Origin: Paragordius varius
Lineage: Eukaryota; Animalia; Nematomorpha
NCBI GenBank assembly: GCA_964247055.1
Contig: OZ176050.1
Location: 10,788,001-10,852,000, forward strand
DNA length: 64,000 nt
Direction of reading: 5' to 3'
Part shown: positions 13,166 through 24,597 of the stretch, in pieces
Layout of the letters: each line of letters begins with the position of its first letter
Numbering within the stretch: position 1 is the first letter of the stretch
Made by a program: the position numbers and the translations under genes
The notes under the pieces: model-generated
Told to the model about the DNA's origin: nothing
The model's input: the letters and a program-made list of their open reading frames with translations, nothing else
Database searches by the model: none

Positions 13166-13475
13166 ATTAATTTCTATCTAAATTTCGATTATAATTATAT
13201 TATGGATTTTACAACTGTTATAAATGATTTAAGTTTGTATGCTTTTAGGCCCAAAACAATTTCAAAAAACGTATAACTATAGAGTCCTAATAATTATTCA
13301 AGGGGAAAACGGAAAATCTCAAAAATATTAGCATTTTCTTAAAATGATTAAAAAGAATAAAATCCAATTTTTTAAAAAACATTGAATAAATAAAAGTTTG
13401 AGTTTCGCCCCTCATAGAAAATTATATAAGAATTATTTTGTATTTATTAAATATTTTGGAAAAAATGATTTTTGA

Positions 13476-13511
<36 letters not shown>

Positions 13512-13602
13512 TATATTTTAATTATTTCATAAATGAGTGAGTGCCTTAAAGTTTAGTTTAGATTATGGCACTAGGAGTACACGATTGGAGCTGTTTTATA
13601 AA

Positions 13603-13905
13603 TATACAACCTAAAATTTAAATTTACCCTTGAACAATTCAAATTCACCCTCAAACAATTCAAATTCACCCTAAAAATAATTATGTGTAATCAATATAAC
13701 TCATCATTCATATGAAATATATTTTTACGACATCTTTTATTATTTTTTCAGCATTATATTAATTTTAAACAGAATTTCATATTTTAAAAATTTTAATTAA
13801 TAAAGGTAATTTTTAATATTAAAAACACATAATTTATTTAGGTTTAATTTGAATTGTTCGAGAGTAAATTTAAATTGTTCAATGGTGAATTCGAACTGTA
13901 AATGG
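13603..13905. mobile_element. Foldback-like MITE with 21-bp subterminal repeats, copy 1
   Basis: Arms built of CAATTCAAATTCACCCTTAAA-like units in inverted orientation. The AT-rich core is shared with the copies at 39668 and 57920. Confidence 0.75.
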
Positions 13906-14636
13906 TATATTTCAAAAATTATAAATCATTTTTTTAAAAAACTTTTACACTTTCAAAACAATTCCTTTTCCAAAAAAAAATTATTAAATCAAGTTAGAAT
14001 TGTTAATTTTGATAACATTGATATATTTTATGATCATCTAAAAATTTAATGAACATTCTTCAAAATAACTGTAGTGAGAAGGTACATTTTTAATTTATTT
14101 TTTATAACTGGTGGACACCCAACATAAAGATATATTTTATACAATTTTTAATTTATATTTTCTTTTTCAAATAAATACTAAGTTGTAGTATATGCAAAGA
14201 ATAGGTAAATTCTGTAATAAATAACAACAAATTTAATAAATAAAATAAATATAAGAATTAATAATAATAAAAACTTGACCGAGTTTAAAAGGTTTAATTC
14301 TATTTATAAATTAATCCACCTGTATAATAGGAGAAGAGAGGTGTTTTGCATGGAAAATACTTGGCTCTATGTTATCAGAGGTATTTCAAGCACATTTTAT
14401 GTTTGTATTAAAAGTTTATATCTAGATTTTTTCTTTTATTAGTTGGTAAATTTTTTTAATGATCTTACAATTTTATTTTGCTTAGTTTTATATTAATTTA
14501 TGTTTGTATTGATTATGAAAAATTAATATACTATTACATTTTTAATAATTATGGTAAATAAATGTATTATTACTATTAAGAAAAAAATATATTTTATATT
14601 CGATAACCACAGTGTTGGATTATTATTATTTTTATT

Positions 14637-17276
14637 ATGAGAAAAAGTCGTAAAGAGAGATGGAAAAAAGCCATACAACTCAAAATCCAAAATCAAATGT
14701 CAAAATTTGGTATCTATGATTCCCCTAGCCTTTATCGAATATATAGTCTTTGTTATTACTTAACCCCGTCTTGTGCAACATGCCTGAAATGTACACTTTT
14801 TGGCATATTCACATTGTTTTGTACAATGGGAGTTTTTAAATTCTTTGTTGGACATCATGGAGGTTCCCATAATAATGATTTTACCGATTGGTGGTGGACG
14901 TTTCAAGATAAAAAACCAGTAGACCTAATTGATCCATCATATCAGACATTTCATGGGGGTAGGTATGCCGACATACATGGGGCACGAAATCAAACGCTTG
15001 TAATGGTACAAGATATGGATTCCACAAATTATATGGATTACAATTTTAACATTCGTGAAATTTTGCAAGATGATGATGTAGGTCTAACCCTGCCCCCAAA
15101 CATGGCAACTCAAAACCCAGAATCCGATGCCTATTATAAAATCCTGGGAACTTTTTCAAGGGAGGGTGGCCCTCAGCACTTTATAGCAGGGGAACACGAG
15201 GATTATACATATCAAAATTATTTGACCCTTGACGTCAAAAATGTCTATGATGTTTCTGGTAATATTGTTACACCAATTCGTTTTTAATTAGTAGGAGTAT
15301 GTACCTTCTAAAAAATAGGGTTTTTTTATTTTTTACATCAAATTTAAGAGAGACTCTTTGATCATTTTGTTTTTTTACCGTAATATGTTGAAATTAAGGA
15401 AATACTAGTTTCATGATTTTTTGCTATTATGTAAATAAATTATTTTAAAAAATCTAACATGGTAGGAATATGATTTATATTTTTGAAGTAAATTTGTCCA
15501 AAGGAATTGATATGGTAATATTTCAACTTGCTATATTCTAAATTTTGACAGTGTTTAATTGAACACGGTCGTTTGATATTTTTTCATATATTTATTATTC
15601 TGTGGAGAGTTGCCACAAACACCATAATTTTTACAATATTTTTTAGTATGAAGCTATTTTTGCTTTTTATTAGAACTGGGTACAAAAGTAATACCACTTA
15701 CTAATGATCACAAATATCATTTGTTGGATGCAGTGAATGAGTCAATTTATTTTCTACAACATCAATTCTATCCACACATCCATTTCACGAATGAAAATTA
15801 CAAACTCACCAATGTTTATTGGTTAAATGTTTTGGGCTGGGGCACACAATATATCTGCGATTTTGAATTTCTAAACGTACCCAAAGACAAATTACCCCAA
15901 GATAAAAATCCGTCAACCAAAGATGATAATGACTCATTACTTATAAAACGGGTAGTGTATGCGAAACTGTTTAGCCCCTACCCAGAAGTGATTGCCATGT
16001 ACGATTTGAAAGAAAGGGAAGATTCGATGTACATTATATATCCTATTACAGATACCGAGGTTATATTACAACTCCTGTATGATATCGGTAATCAAGGTTT
16101 ATCGCTCTCAGACCCTCATTACATTTTGTACAGGATTGAAAAGTATGCCTGTATTTGTATGAATTAAAAATACTAAAAGATATATATAATATATAGTCCG
16201 TTTAATTGGAATATTTAACCAAAAAGAATTATTAAATTTAAGACAAATCGACTAAGCCTCTTTTTCCGTGAAAAAAACCTATACTGGGTACAATATTTCG
16301 GAAACCTTGAACATAATTTAAGCCCCCTAGAACTGAAACCTGTGTCCTGAAATTGGTTTAGGAACCGGTTATGAGGAATTGGAATCATCCTGGCTTTGGC
16401 TCCACTTTCTCAGGATCGCCCGTGTTCCCTTTTAAGAACTATATTGGTTTCATTTTCAAATTTCTTTTCCTCGAAACACTACCCTGGTTTTTCATAACTA
16501 TAAATGGTTCCTTTATACATTTTAAAACGAAATTATATACGTTGTTCAAAATGCTAAAAAACAGCAAACATTATTTTTTTATTTATAAAAAAATATATTT
16601 TATGTAAAATTTGATAAATATCAACATTTGAGTCTACCCTGGTCATAATATTAATGAATTTTTCGTAAATTATGGAGAATGAATTTATTTTATATAGGTC
16701 TTCCATAGTTTTGACCCATTATATTTAATTGTTAACAATGCTAAATTGTATACTGTGGTATATGAAATGATATTTTTAATTGGGCACTAATAACCGATAT
16801 GTGTGTGCATTAAAGGGATTAAAATTATAATAAAAGGTGCTTGTCTTCATATCATTGGCAAAAAATTATTTGAAGATAAAAATAAAAAAAATGGAAAACA
16901 AATTAGGAACCGGCAGTTAAAATTATTGGACGGTTATGTTTTTATTTTTCAGAAAACCCACCTAGAATCTGATTCCAAAATTTGAAGAATTAACTTAGTT
17001 AGACTTTGAGAATATAATTATGAGACATCTAATACACAACTACCTTGGGGTATGTTGTAAGTGAATTATGTTTCAGAATTAAATAAAAAATGATCTCATT
17101 CACCTGTATCATAATGGTTTTTAGCAGCTGAAGACTGAGTTATAAGTGTCCAAATAAGACGAATTAGTACTTCCATTATTTGTTCAATGTACTAAATACC
17201 ATTTCTATAGTGGAGAAGATTAAAAAGTGATATTAAATTATTTTTATTTGACAAACACTTTGATCGTCAATTGGAC

Positions 17277-17324
<48 letters not shown>

Positions 17325-19685
17325 GACCACATTACGATAATTTTTTATACAACTAGTCACTATTTTTAATAATCTTTATGGTGTACACCTGATGTTAATA
17401 AAAATATTTTTGTTAATTTCAATAAAGGCTTATCAAAAGTTGTAAATGTAACCATTGATTTATATTTTTACAAAAACGATACACAAACCATAAAAGAGCT
17501 AATGAATAGTGAGTGATCTATCTTCATTATAATCCATAAAAATAATTATCTACATAAAAATTATTTTTATCAATAAATATATAAAAAAATATAAATTAAA
17601 TTTATATCATATAACTGTTTTTTACAATAACAACACCCTTAGAACAATTCGTTTGGTAGTGGATACGTGTGACCCCAAACTGAATTTTATGTTCACACTA
17701 ACAACCAAATATCCGTTGGGGAACAATGGAACGCGATTTTTCGACCAGTTGACAGATTCGGTTCGCCTTCTCGTCAATTCCCTCGACAAAGATTGCCCTG
17801 GCACAGAAATTCAAATGGCGGCAGAGGATTCGGCCGGGGCAAGTCGTATAAAAGCTCTGCATGCAGCAATCTCTGCCTTAGATGATGACTCACTTATAAT
17901 GATTAGTGATTTGGATCTTCGATTTAACCTAAATTTTTTAGATCGGTGTCGTCACAACACAATCTATGGTAAAAGTGTTTATTTACCTATACCATTTCTC
18001 AAAGAGCTATCTGCAAGGGATGCCAATCAAGAGAAACGCAAAACGCTAAGTCTTTACAATGATATGGAAACCCTGAGTAGCCCAGGTAAATGAACGTTTT
18101 ACAAAAATGTATAATTTTATAAGGTACGTTGGCCGATTCACATCCTTTTTAGCTATCTATACAGTAGCGAAGTTGGGCAAAAAACAACTAATGGTTGAAT
18201 TTAAACAATTTTTTCCTATAATCTTACAACATCAAATTTGTTTTTTTAGTTATAGACAAAATTTGTTTATCATACGCTACTCTATCACAAGCTGTCCAAA
18301 TGCGAATTGGCCAACATAAATGTGGATCTGAATTTATAATTTAGTCATAGCATTATCTAAAGTAATGAATGATCTTTTATTTGGTAGATAATTGGTTGGC
18401 TGACAATTATCATACTGTGTGCATGTATAAAGACGACTACAACCATGTAAATGGCTACAATATGACAAAAATGTTGGCAGGGAACGAGGAATTGGATCTC
18501 GTTAATAAATACATAACCAGTGATCTAAAAGTTTATTTTCCTTTCACTAATATCTTACAATAGTATGAAATTTAAAGGTCGTTGTGCTTAATCATTGCAG
18601 GTTATATAAAAATTCCGATATATAACAATCTAAAAAACCGTTAACTTCGCGGTAAAGAAAAAGATTGAACCAATTTAAATTTTATTAATATTAAAAATAT
18701 TTCAATTTATTTTTGAAATAAAAAATGCCGACACACATTATATAAGATTTGATTGATCATTTAAGCGCAAAAAGCCGCGAATGTTCGATAAATAATATCA
18801 CCATTATTAAAAAAGGCATTAAAGTCACTTTAAACTTGGCGCTTTCAAGTGCGCAATAAAACTATAAAGCATATTACCGCAAGTACAGATCTTTTATAAA
18901 TTTATAAACATAATTTTACATGATTAAATATACCGCATCAGTTTAATCACAATTAATTATAATTTCATTAAAGAATAGCCTTTTATATTTTTAACGAAAT
19001 AATGGGAAAAAACTTTTACTTTAAATTCAGTGGTGATAGATTATTACTAATTGAAAGGTAGAAAAAAATTTCCTGTAAGTGCATATAATATAAATTAACT
19101 TATAAAATGTGGTTTAATTTTGATATAAAGAAATTGTGATTAGTCAAATATACATAAAAAAATTAAAAACGCCTCTCTTTCTATTGTAATTTTTTTAGAG
19201 GTAATTTATTAGCCTTATGTGCACCAAATCTTTCTGGTGATTGTGTTGTTTCGATTTATATAATGAATCGTAGATATAGCCATCTCCAATGATTAAATAT
19301 ATTTATTTATTACTTTTCAGTGTGATGTTATTAGATTTTAAAATACTATATTTGAGACAAATGTTTCATTCTTTAAATTACAAAAAATATATATCAATGC
19401 AATTACATGCATCATTGAAATTATGAAATGCTGTGATTTTATTAAAAAAATACATAAATATTTTAATTCAATATTGTTTCCATACAGATTATCAGAGCTC
19501 CAGATTTGGACTTGCATTATGTGAAAAATACTTTACCAACACCGTGTATGTCAGAACTAACAAAACAGAAACCATTTCGAATCCTGAAAAAATGTCTAAT
19601 GCACGCTTTCGCAAAAGCGTTTAGAAATGATCGGAAGAAAACACTCAGGCTTTTTGCTCAATTATACCAATTATACAAATTATAA
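14637..19685 (+). CDS. Chondroitin GalNAc-transferase / CHSY-family (CHGN, GT7-fold) type II membrane protein, about 646 aa
   Basis: Exons 14637-15258, 15674-16142, 17643-18085, 18256-18321, 18388-18530 and 19488-19685 join in phase (1941 nt). N-terminal TM segment. SRIKALHAAISALDDDSLIMISDLDLRFNLNFLDRCRHNTIYGKSVYLPIPF, W..DNYHTVCMYKDDY..VNGYN and DLKIIRAPD...CMSEL...KKC align to the CSGALNACT/CHSY catalytic domain. The exon path at 18086-18387 is the simplest in-phase option, not the only possible one. Confidence 0.8.
17282..17320. repeat. (TA)n microsatellite, longest of many
   Basis: Perfect TA run. Similar runs occur near 11544, 13477, 43106, 44427, 46198, 46260, 52952, 56399 and 58477. 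Confidence 0.95.
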
Positions 19686-20006
19686 CGATAAAATAACGTT
19701 GCTATTACAGACTAGTAAATATAATTGACATGCAATATGAAATGCGATTACAAATTAAACATTCAAAAATGTTCCTTGATTAATTATTTATTTGCATAGG
19801 TTAATTGGTGTTTTTTGGAAAAAAAGTTAATCTAACGTAATGACATTTTCATCCCAATCAAAATCAATTGTTGGAATATTACCATTTGATTCTTCTGAGC
19901 TGGTAGTGTTAGAATCTCGTTTTTCTAAATTACATATAAATATGAATTAATAAAAATTTAACTTATCCTTTATTGGGTTATCAAGAAACCTTCAAATATA
20001 TATAAT

Positions 20007-23000
20007 TTAAAAAAGTCCGTAAAAAATTAACGGATCAAAAGTAAAACTTTTAAAGGGCCTAGAAAAATGTAGATAGGGAGAATCATGAGGAATCCGTAAT
20101 ATATCAAATATTGCATCTTGACTCATTTTAGTGAGAAATTCTTTGTGTGGCTCAAGGTACAAGGATTTTAGGGTCCTTAAAATTTCAGGAAACAAAATAT
20201 GTTTGTAGTGTGGAACGAACCGGTATCTTATTTTGAAATATCTAATACACAATTAAAATTATATAATGTTAGTTTACCAAAAAACATTTAAACTTTATTT
20301 CGAGTCTCTTAATATTGAAAAATCTAAAAAAAAATATATATTTCATATAACATCCAAGACGGTGAAATTATATATTAAATACATAATTAATTAACCTAAT
20401 CTATTTAAACTGCTATAATGTAATAATCATCTCAAAAACTCTAAATTATATTTAAGCTTTTATACATATATGACGTTAATAAATAAACTTTATAATTTTA
20501 AAAAACTAATACCTTATTTTTAAAGTACTAAGAGGAACGGATTGAAATGGTGCATCAAACAAGCGATAAATTTCATCCCAATTCAATTCTGAATCATACT
20601 TTATTTTATTCTTGTGACATAAATGCATTAATATCGATAGCAAGCGATCAACTAAAAAGATAATCAATAGTTCGGTTTAATAAAATTGGTAAATGATTTT
20701 TAAAATATGTAATAAATTTAAAAGATAATCAACCGTATAACCCTAAATAACTATATAATCCTGACCAAATCGAAGTTTAGATGGATAAATATAGTGAGTA
20801 AATATGGATTAATTTTAAATACCCTTTTTAAAAATTTCTTAGCAATCACACTTTTTTCGTAATTGTTTAATAACTAGTTGGCCCTGTAACGCTTCGCTGT
20901 GACGTAGAAAACCATAATTATTTTTAATAATTGCAACAAATAGAGGTAATGGAGATAAAAAAATAATAAAAAACATATTTAATAACAAAGAATGTCTATA
21001 ATTATTCTTTTACGGGTTTTGCATAGGCTTAAATATTGTTTACTCGAAACTGACCATATTTAAACATTTCCTCATTAAAGTTAATATTCAACTATCATTG
21101 GATTTATTTTATTTTAAAAGTATTATGAAATTGTGTTCACATAGCTGGCAAAGAGATCAGTTCTAATCCCTTTTTAAAGGAAAAACTGATATTATACAAA
21201 TTTTCAGAAATGTGTTTGACACTCGTATGGCTTCTTAAGTTTTTTTTAAAATTAGCTCCAAAAGCACGCCATTTTTGTATGGCGAGTCAGTTTTAAACCA
21301 GTAGACCCATACCCATATACCTATATCGAAAAAGCGCTGAAAATTCTTTGCCTTTATAGGGAAAAATATTTAGATCTTTAATACCATCGCCTCCTGTGTT
21401 ATTCAAAAAAATCGTTATATAATGGCTAATAAAAAACGCCCGACACCTAGTTACGGGTAATATTTTAATCTTCTAATGAGCTCATATTGCTTCATAAATT
21501 TTCTGTAAATTAGATCCAAAACAACGCAATTCTATATAGTGGCGCAGTTTTTGGCGGGTAGCTCCTAGCCAGGGGCAGATATAGAAAAAGCGTTGCGCAA
21601 AAGTTTTGCTTTTATATGGGGAATATCTGGAATTATCATGGATTCCATATGTTCCTATTAGACTCATAAATTTTCCGAAATTTGGCTCCAAAGGCATGTT
21701 GTATCGATATGATGACGCAGTTTTACGTGGGTAGCCCCCTAATCAGGAGCCAAACAAAAAACGCTCGATTAGATTTTTTGCCTTAATTCGGGTTATACCT
21801 GAAATCAGGATTGATTCCATATCTCTCGTGGGATTTTCGAAATGCCTCAAAAACAAAAAATCATTCTATGGCGGCGCATTTTTCAGGGCAAGGGCATAAT
21901 TAAGGGGTAATTTAATAAAGCTTCTCTACTTAAATTTTTAACTTTTTACGGGTAATATTTCAAGTATGACCTGATAAGTTTTACAAAATTTGCCTCCAAA
22001 GTCACGCTGTATCGATATGGTGGAGCAGTTGTTGGCGGGTAGCTCCCTATCCAGAGGCCAATATAAAAAAGACGTTCGATAAAAAATTTTGCCTTTATAA
22101 GGGAATACATGCATCATTCAAATTCTTAATAGTTTTTGAAAGAATGGCTTCAAAACTAAATAATACCTAAATGATAGCGCATTTTTAGGGAATAATGGGC
22201 CTAATTAACGGCTAATTTAAAAAAACCATTCGAATTGAATTTTTGGGTTTTTACGGGTAATATTTGAGGCCCTTATTACAATTATATGAATAAGATTTTT
22301 AAAAATTAACTTCTAAACAACGCAATTTCGATATGGTGGCTCAGTTTTAGGCGGGCTCGCTAGCCAGAGGCTCATACAAAAAAAGCTCTTGATTAAATTT
22401 TTTGCCCTTTTTCGGAGAATACCTGGAATCATGATTGATTCCATATGCCATCATTAGTTTTTAGAAAAATTGCCTCAAAACTAAAAAATTATTCTATGGT
22501 GGGGCAGTTTTCAGGGTGAAAAAGGCTTAATAACGGCTAATTTTAAAAAACCGTATCACTTCTAAATTTTTGCCTTGTAACGGGTAATATTTCAAGCACC
22601 TATTGACCTCATATGGCCTGATAGTTTTCTGAAACCTAGCCCCAAAGGCAAGCTATTTTGATATGGTGGGGCAGTTTTTAGCGGGTATCTCCTTACCCAG
22701 TAGGCAATATAAAAAAAACGTATGACTAAAATTTTTGCCTTTTAACAGGGAATATCTGGAATCCTCAATAAATTTTTACGGTCTCATATACTGGGCGAAA
22801 AATAGATTCAAAAAATTATTTTGGTGGACTTTTTTGAAAAAAATGCCATTTTACCGTGGGTGCGGAAAAAGAGGGCCTAAATAAAAAAGCGAGCCGACTA
22901 TGTTCGGCGCATCAAAAAAAGTAAAAAAAGTTATATCTGAAATCGAATGGTCCAACACGTTTTCCGGAAAATTGCCTCAAAGACACGATTTTTGTTGAGT

Positions 23001-24543
23001 TGTGTTTTCAAAAAACCCATTTTTTACACGGGGTGGGCCCGAACTGAGGACCTAATAAAAAAAGGGCGAAGCTATTGTATAATGACCATATTTTTTTGCC
23101 ATTTGAATTTGAATGGGTCTACCGGTTTTCCGGAAACAGATAACAAAGCCAGCATTTTCTATTTTTAAAAATATATTGATTATAGTATAAAGAGTATATG
23201 TATCTACATACATTCCAATTCGGGTCAATCATGCTTTTTATTTGCTATATTGCAATCCCTAATCAAAATATGTATCATGTAAACAAAAATTAAAATACTT
23301 AAATGAGTAATTTTTTGATAAGAATGATTCAAGGGTCATGAGACAAGCGTCATAAATGGTTAGGCAGAAATTTTTTTTAAAACTTATGCAAGAAAAAAAT
23401 GTATGAATTATAAATATATATCTAATTTAACCGCTTTACACAATTTTTTGAGGCAATATTTTACTGTTAAACGCTATTCATCCTTATTAAACAATAAAGG
23501 ATTTTAGGCTTCCAATGATTTCTATGTGCTTAATCGATATTATTTTAGAGGAAAGATTGATAACAATAAACATAAAAAATATAGTTAGTTTTGCTCATTT
23601 TTATGTTTGAAATCTAATTATTAATCTCCATATATAATTCGAATGCAGTCCGTTGAATTTTTGAGTCAAAAATGCGGCCTACGAGTCATTTGTGTTGGCT
23701 GATTTAACCATTAAGATAAACTAAATCTATTATATTTTTACTTTTAAATATTTTCCATATATTTTTCATTTTGCACTTGGACTAAAAATTTGGTACAAAT
23801 ACAAATGTTGAACAAAAAAATAATTCAAAAAATATATAGAGACGTAAAATTTTACCAATCAATAAACTTTTGAGTTTAACACCTCTCTTGGGTGTATTTA
23901 AGCCATAAACTTTGGCTGCCTGTGTCGTAGTCCTGGGTTTTGAGAACAAAATTTTGGATAAACAGGCTTCAGGAGGATCTGCGTTTTCTGAAGGCGCTTG
24001 GGATGATGATGTATTGTCGTCAGAATCACTAACTACAAAAACTGGTTCCTTATTTGTTTTATTGCTTAATAATTGATTATTGTTTATGCTCTTTAAGTGA
24101 TATCCTACGCTAGGGGATTTCACGAATGCTGCTTCCTCATAGGTTTTAGATATATCAATATTATTAGATTCTAAAAATTATAAATTTAATTATCACCACT
24201 CTCTTCTAATGGAACAATATTATTTTTATCATCTTCCAAATATTTTACGTACTTAGAAAGGAGGACAGTTTTCCTAATAAAGTAAATATAATTAATACCA
24301 TGCCCGTTTAAAATTTGGTCCCAAAATTTTTTGTCGTAAATCATGACGCATTTTACAATGCGACAATATTCTCCAATGTATCTTCATATTCAGTAGCAAG
24401 CAATAAATTTGTTGAGAACCAATGTTTTGACGCAATTTAAAAATATCAAATAAAAGATGATTGCGGCAATATTTGGTGACCGATTCAAAGATAACTTTCT
24501 CTTCTTCCTCATCAAAAGTGAATAAATTCTTTTTCTTATCCAT
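20007..24543 (-). CDS. TTF1/DMTF1/Reb1-like Myb-domain protein, about 336 aa
   Basis: Exons 24543-24299, 24273-24197, 24170-23856, 20651-20513 and 20241-20007 join in phase (1011 nt). LNWDEIYRLF...RYFKIRYRFVPHYKHILFPEILRTL aligns by eye to the TTF1 C-terminus IDWEDLA...[25 protein letters not shown]. The N-terminal FTFDEEEEKVIFESV...IHW...W resembles a Myb repeat. The gene model is firmer than the family call. Confidence 0.6.
20873..23180 (+). mobile_element. Putative Helitron/Helentron-type non-autonomous element in intron 3 of the Myb gene
   Basis: Starts ACTAGTTGGCCCTGTAACGCTTCGC and ends ...aaacagataac...ttttaaaaatatattgat. These resemble the termini of DINE-1/Lep1-like elements, which often carry internal tandem arrays. 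Classification is inference. Confidence 0.45.
21240..22800 (+). repeat. Degenerate tandem array, ~160-bp monomer with an A/B dimer of ~315 bp
   Basis: The core tatggtggcgcag-like motif recurs at about 21541, 21714, 21873, 22022, 22176, 22338, 22501 and 22668 (spacing 149-173). Units alternate between a ggcgggtagctcc type and a tttcagggt...taacggctaatt type. Confidence 0.85.
23630..23700. mobile_element. hAT-MITE terminal fragment
   Basis: caaaaatgcggcctacgagtcatttgtgttggc matches the family terminus seen at 4346, 45537 and 53511. Confidence 0.5.
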
Positions 24544-24597
24544 CCAGGCAAGTATCAAGCGCACAACCTTTCATCGTTCAACTTTTTTGCAGAAGGC
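24544..24597. promoter_or_regulatory. 54-nt spacer between divergent start codons (bidirectional promoter / 5' UTR region)
   Basis: Myb-gene ATG at 24543-24541 (-) and PCID2 ATG at 24598-24600 (+). Contains ttttttgcag ending 5 nt before the PCID2 ATG. Confidence 0.65.

Noticed and set aside
12905-14049. Short ORFs at 12905, 12943 and 13849, and similar Ile/Lys/Phe/Asn-rich 60-90-aa ORFs elsewhere (43202, 44585, 46249, 46575, 52163, 57210-57753, 63047, 63329)
   Set aside because: Their composition reflects the AT-rich background, MITEs or antisense frames of real exons; no motifs or consistent splice context.
18086-18255. AG|GT 'zero-length exon' at 18122-18125 (possible recursive splice site) or an extra exon at 18153-18193
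   Set aside because: A single 170-nt intron gives an in-phase model. The motif is short enough to arise by chance, and nothing in the sequence distinguishes the options without RNA data.
21240-22800. Regularly spaced repeats resembling a CRISPR array
   Set aside because: The whole ~160-bp unit is repeated and diverged, with no constant repeat and unique spacer structure. It lies in a spliceosomal intron, and no cas genes are present.
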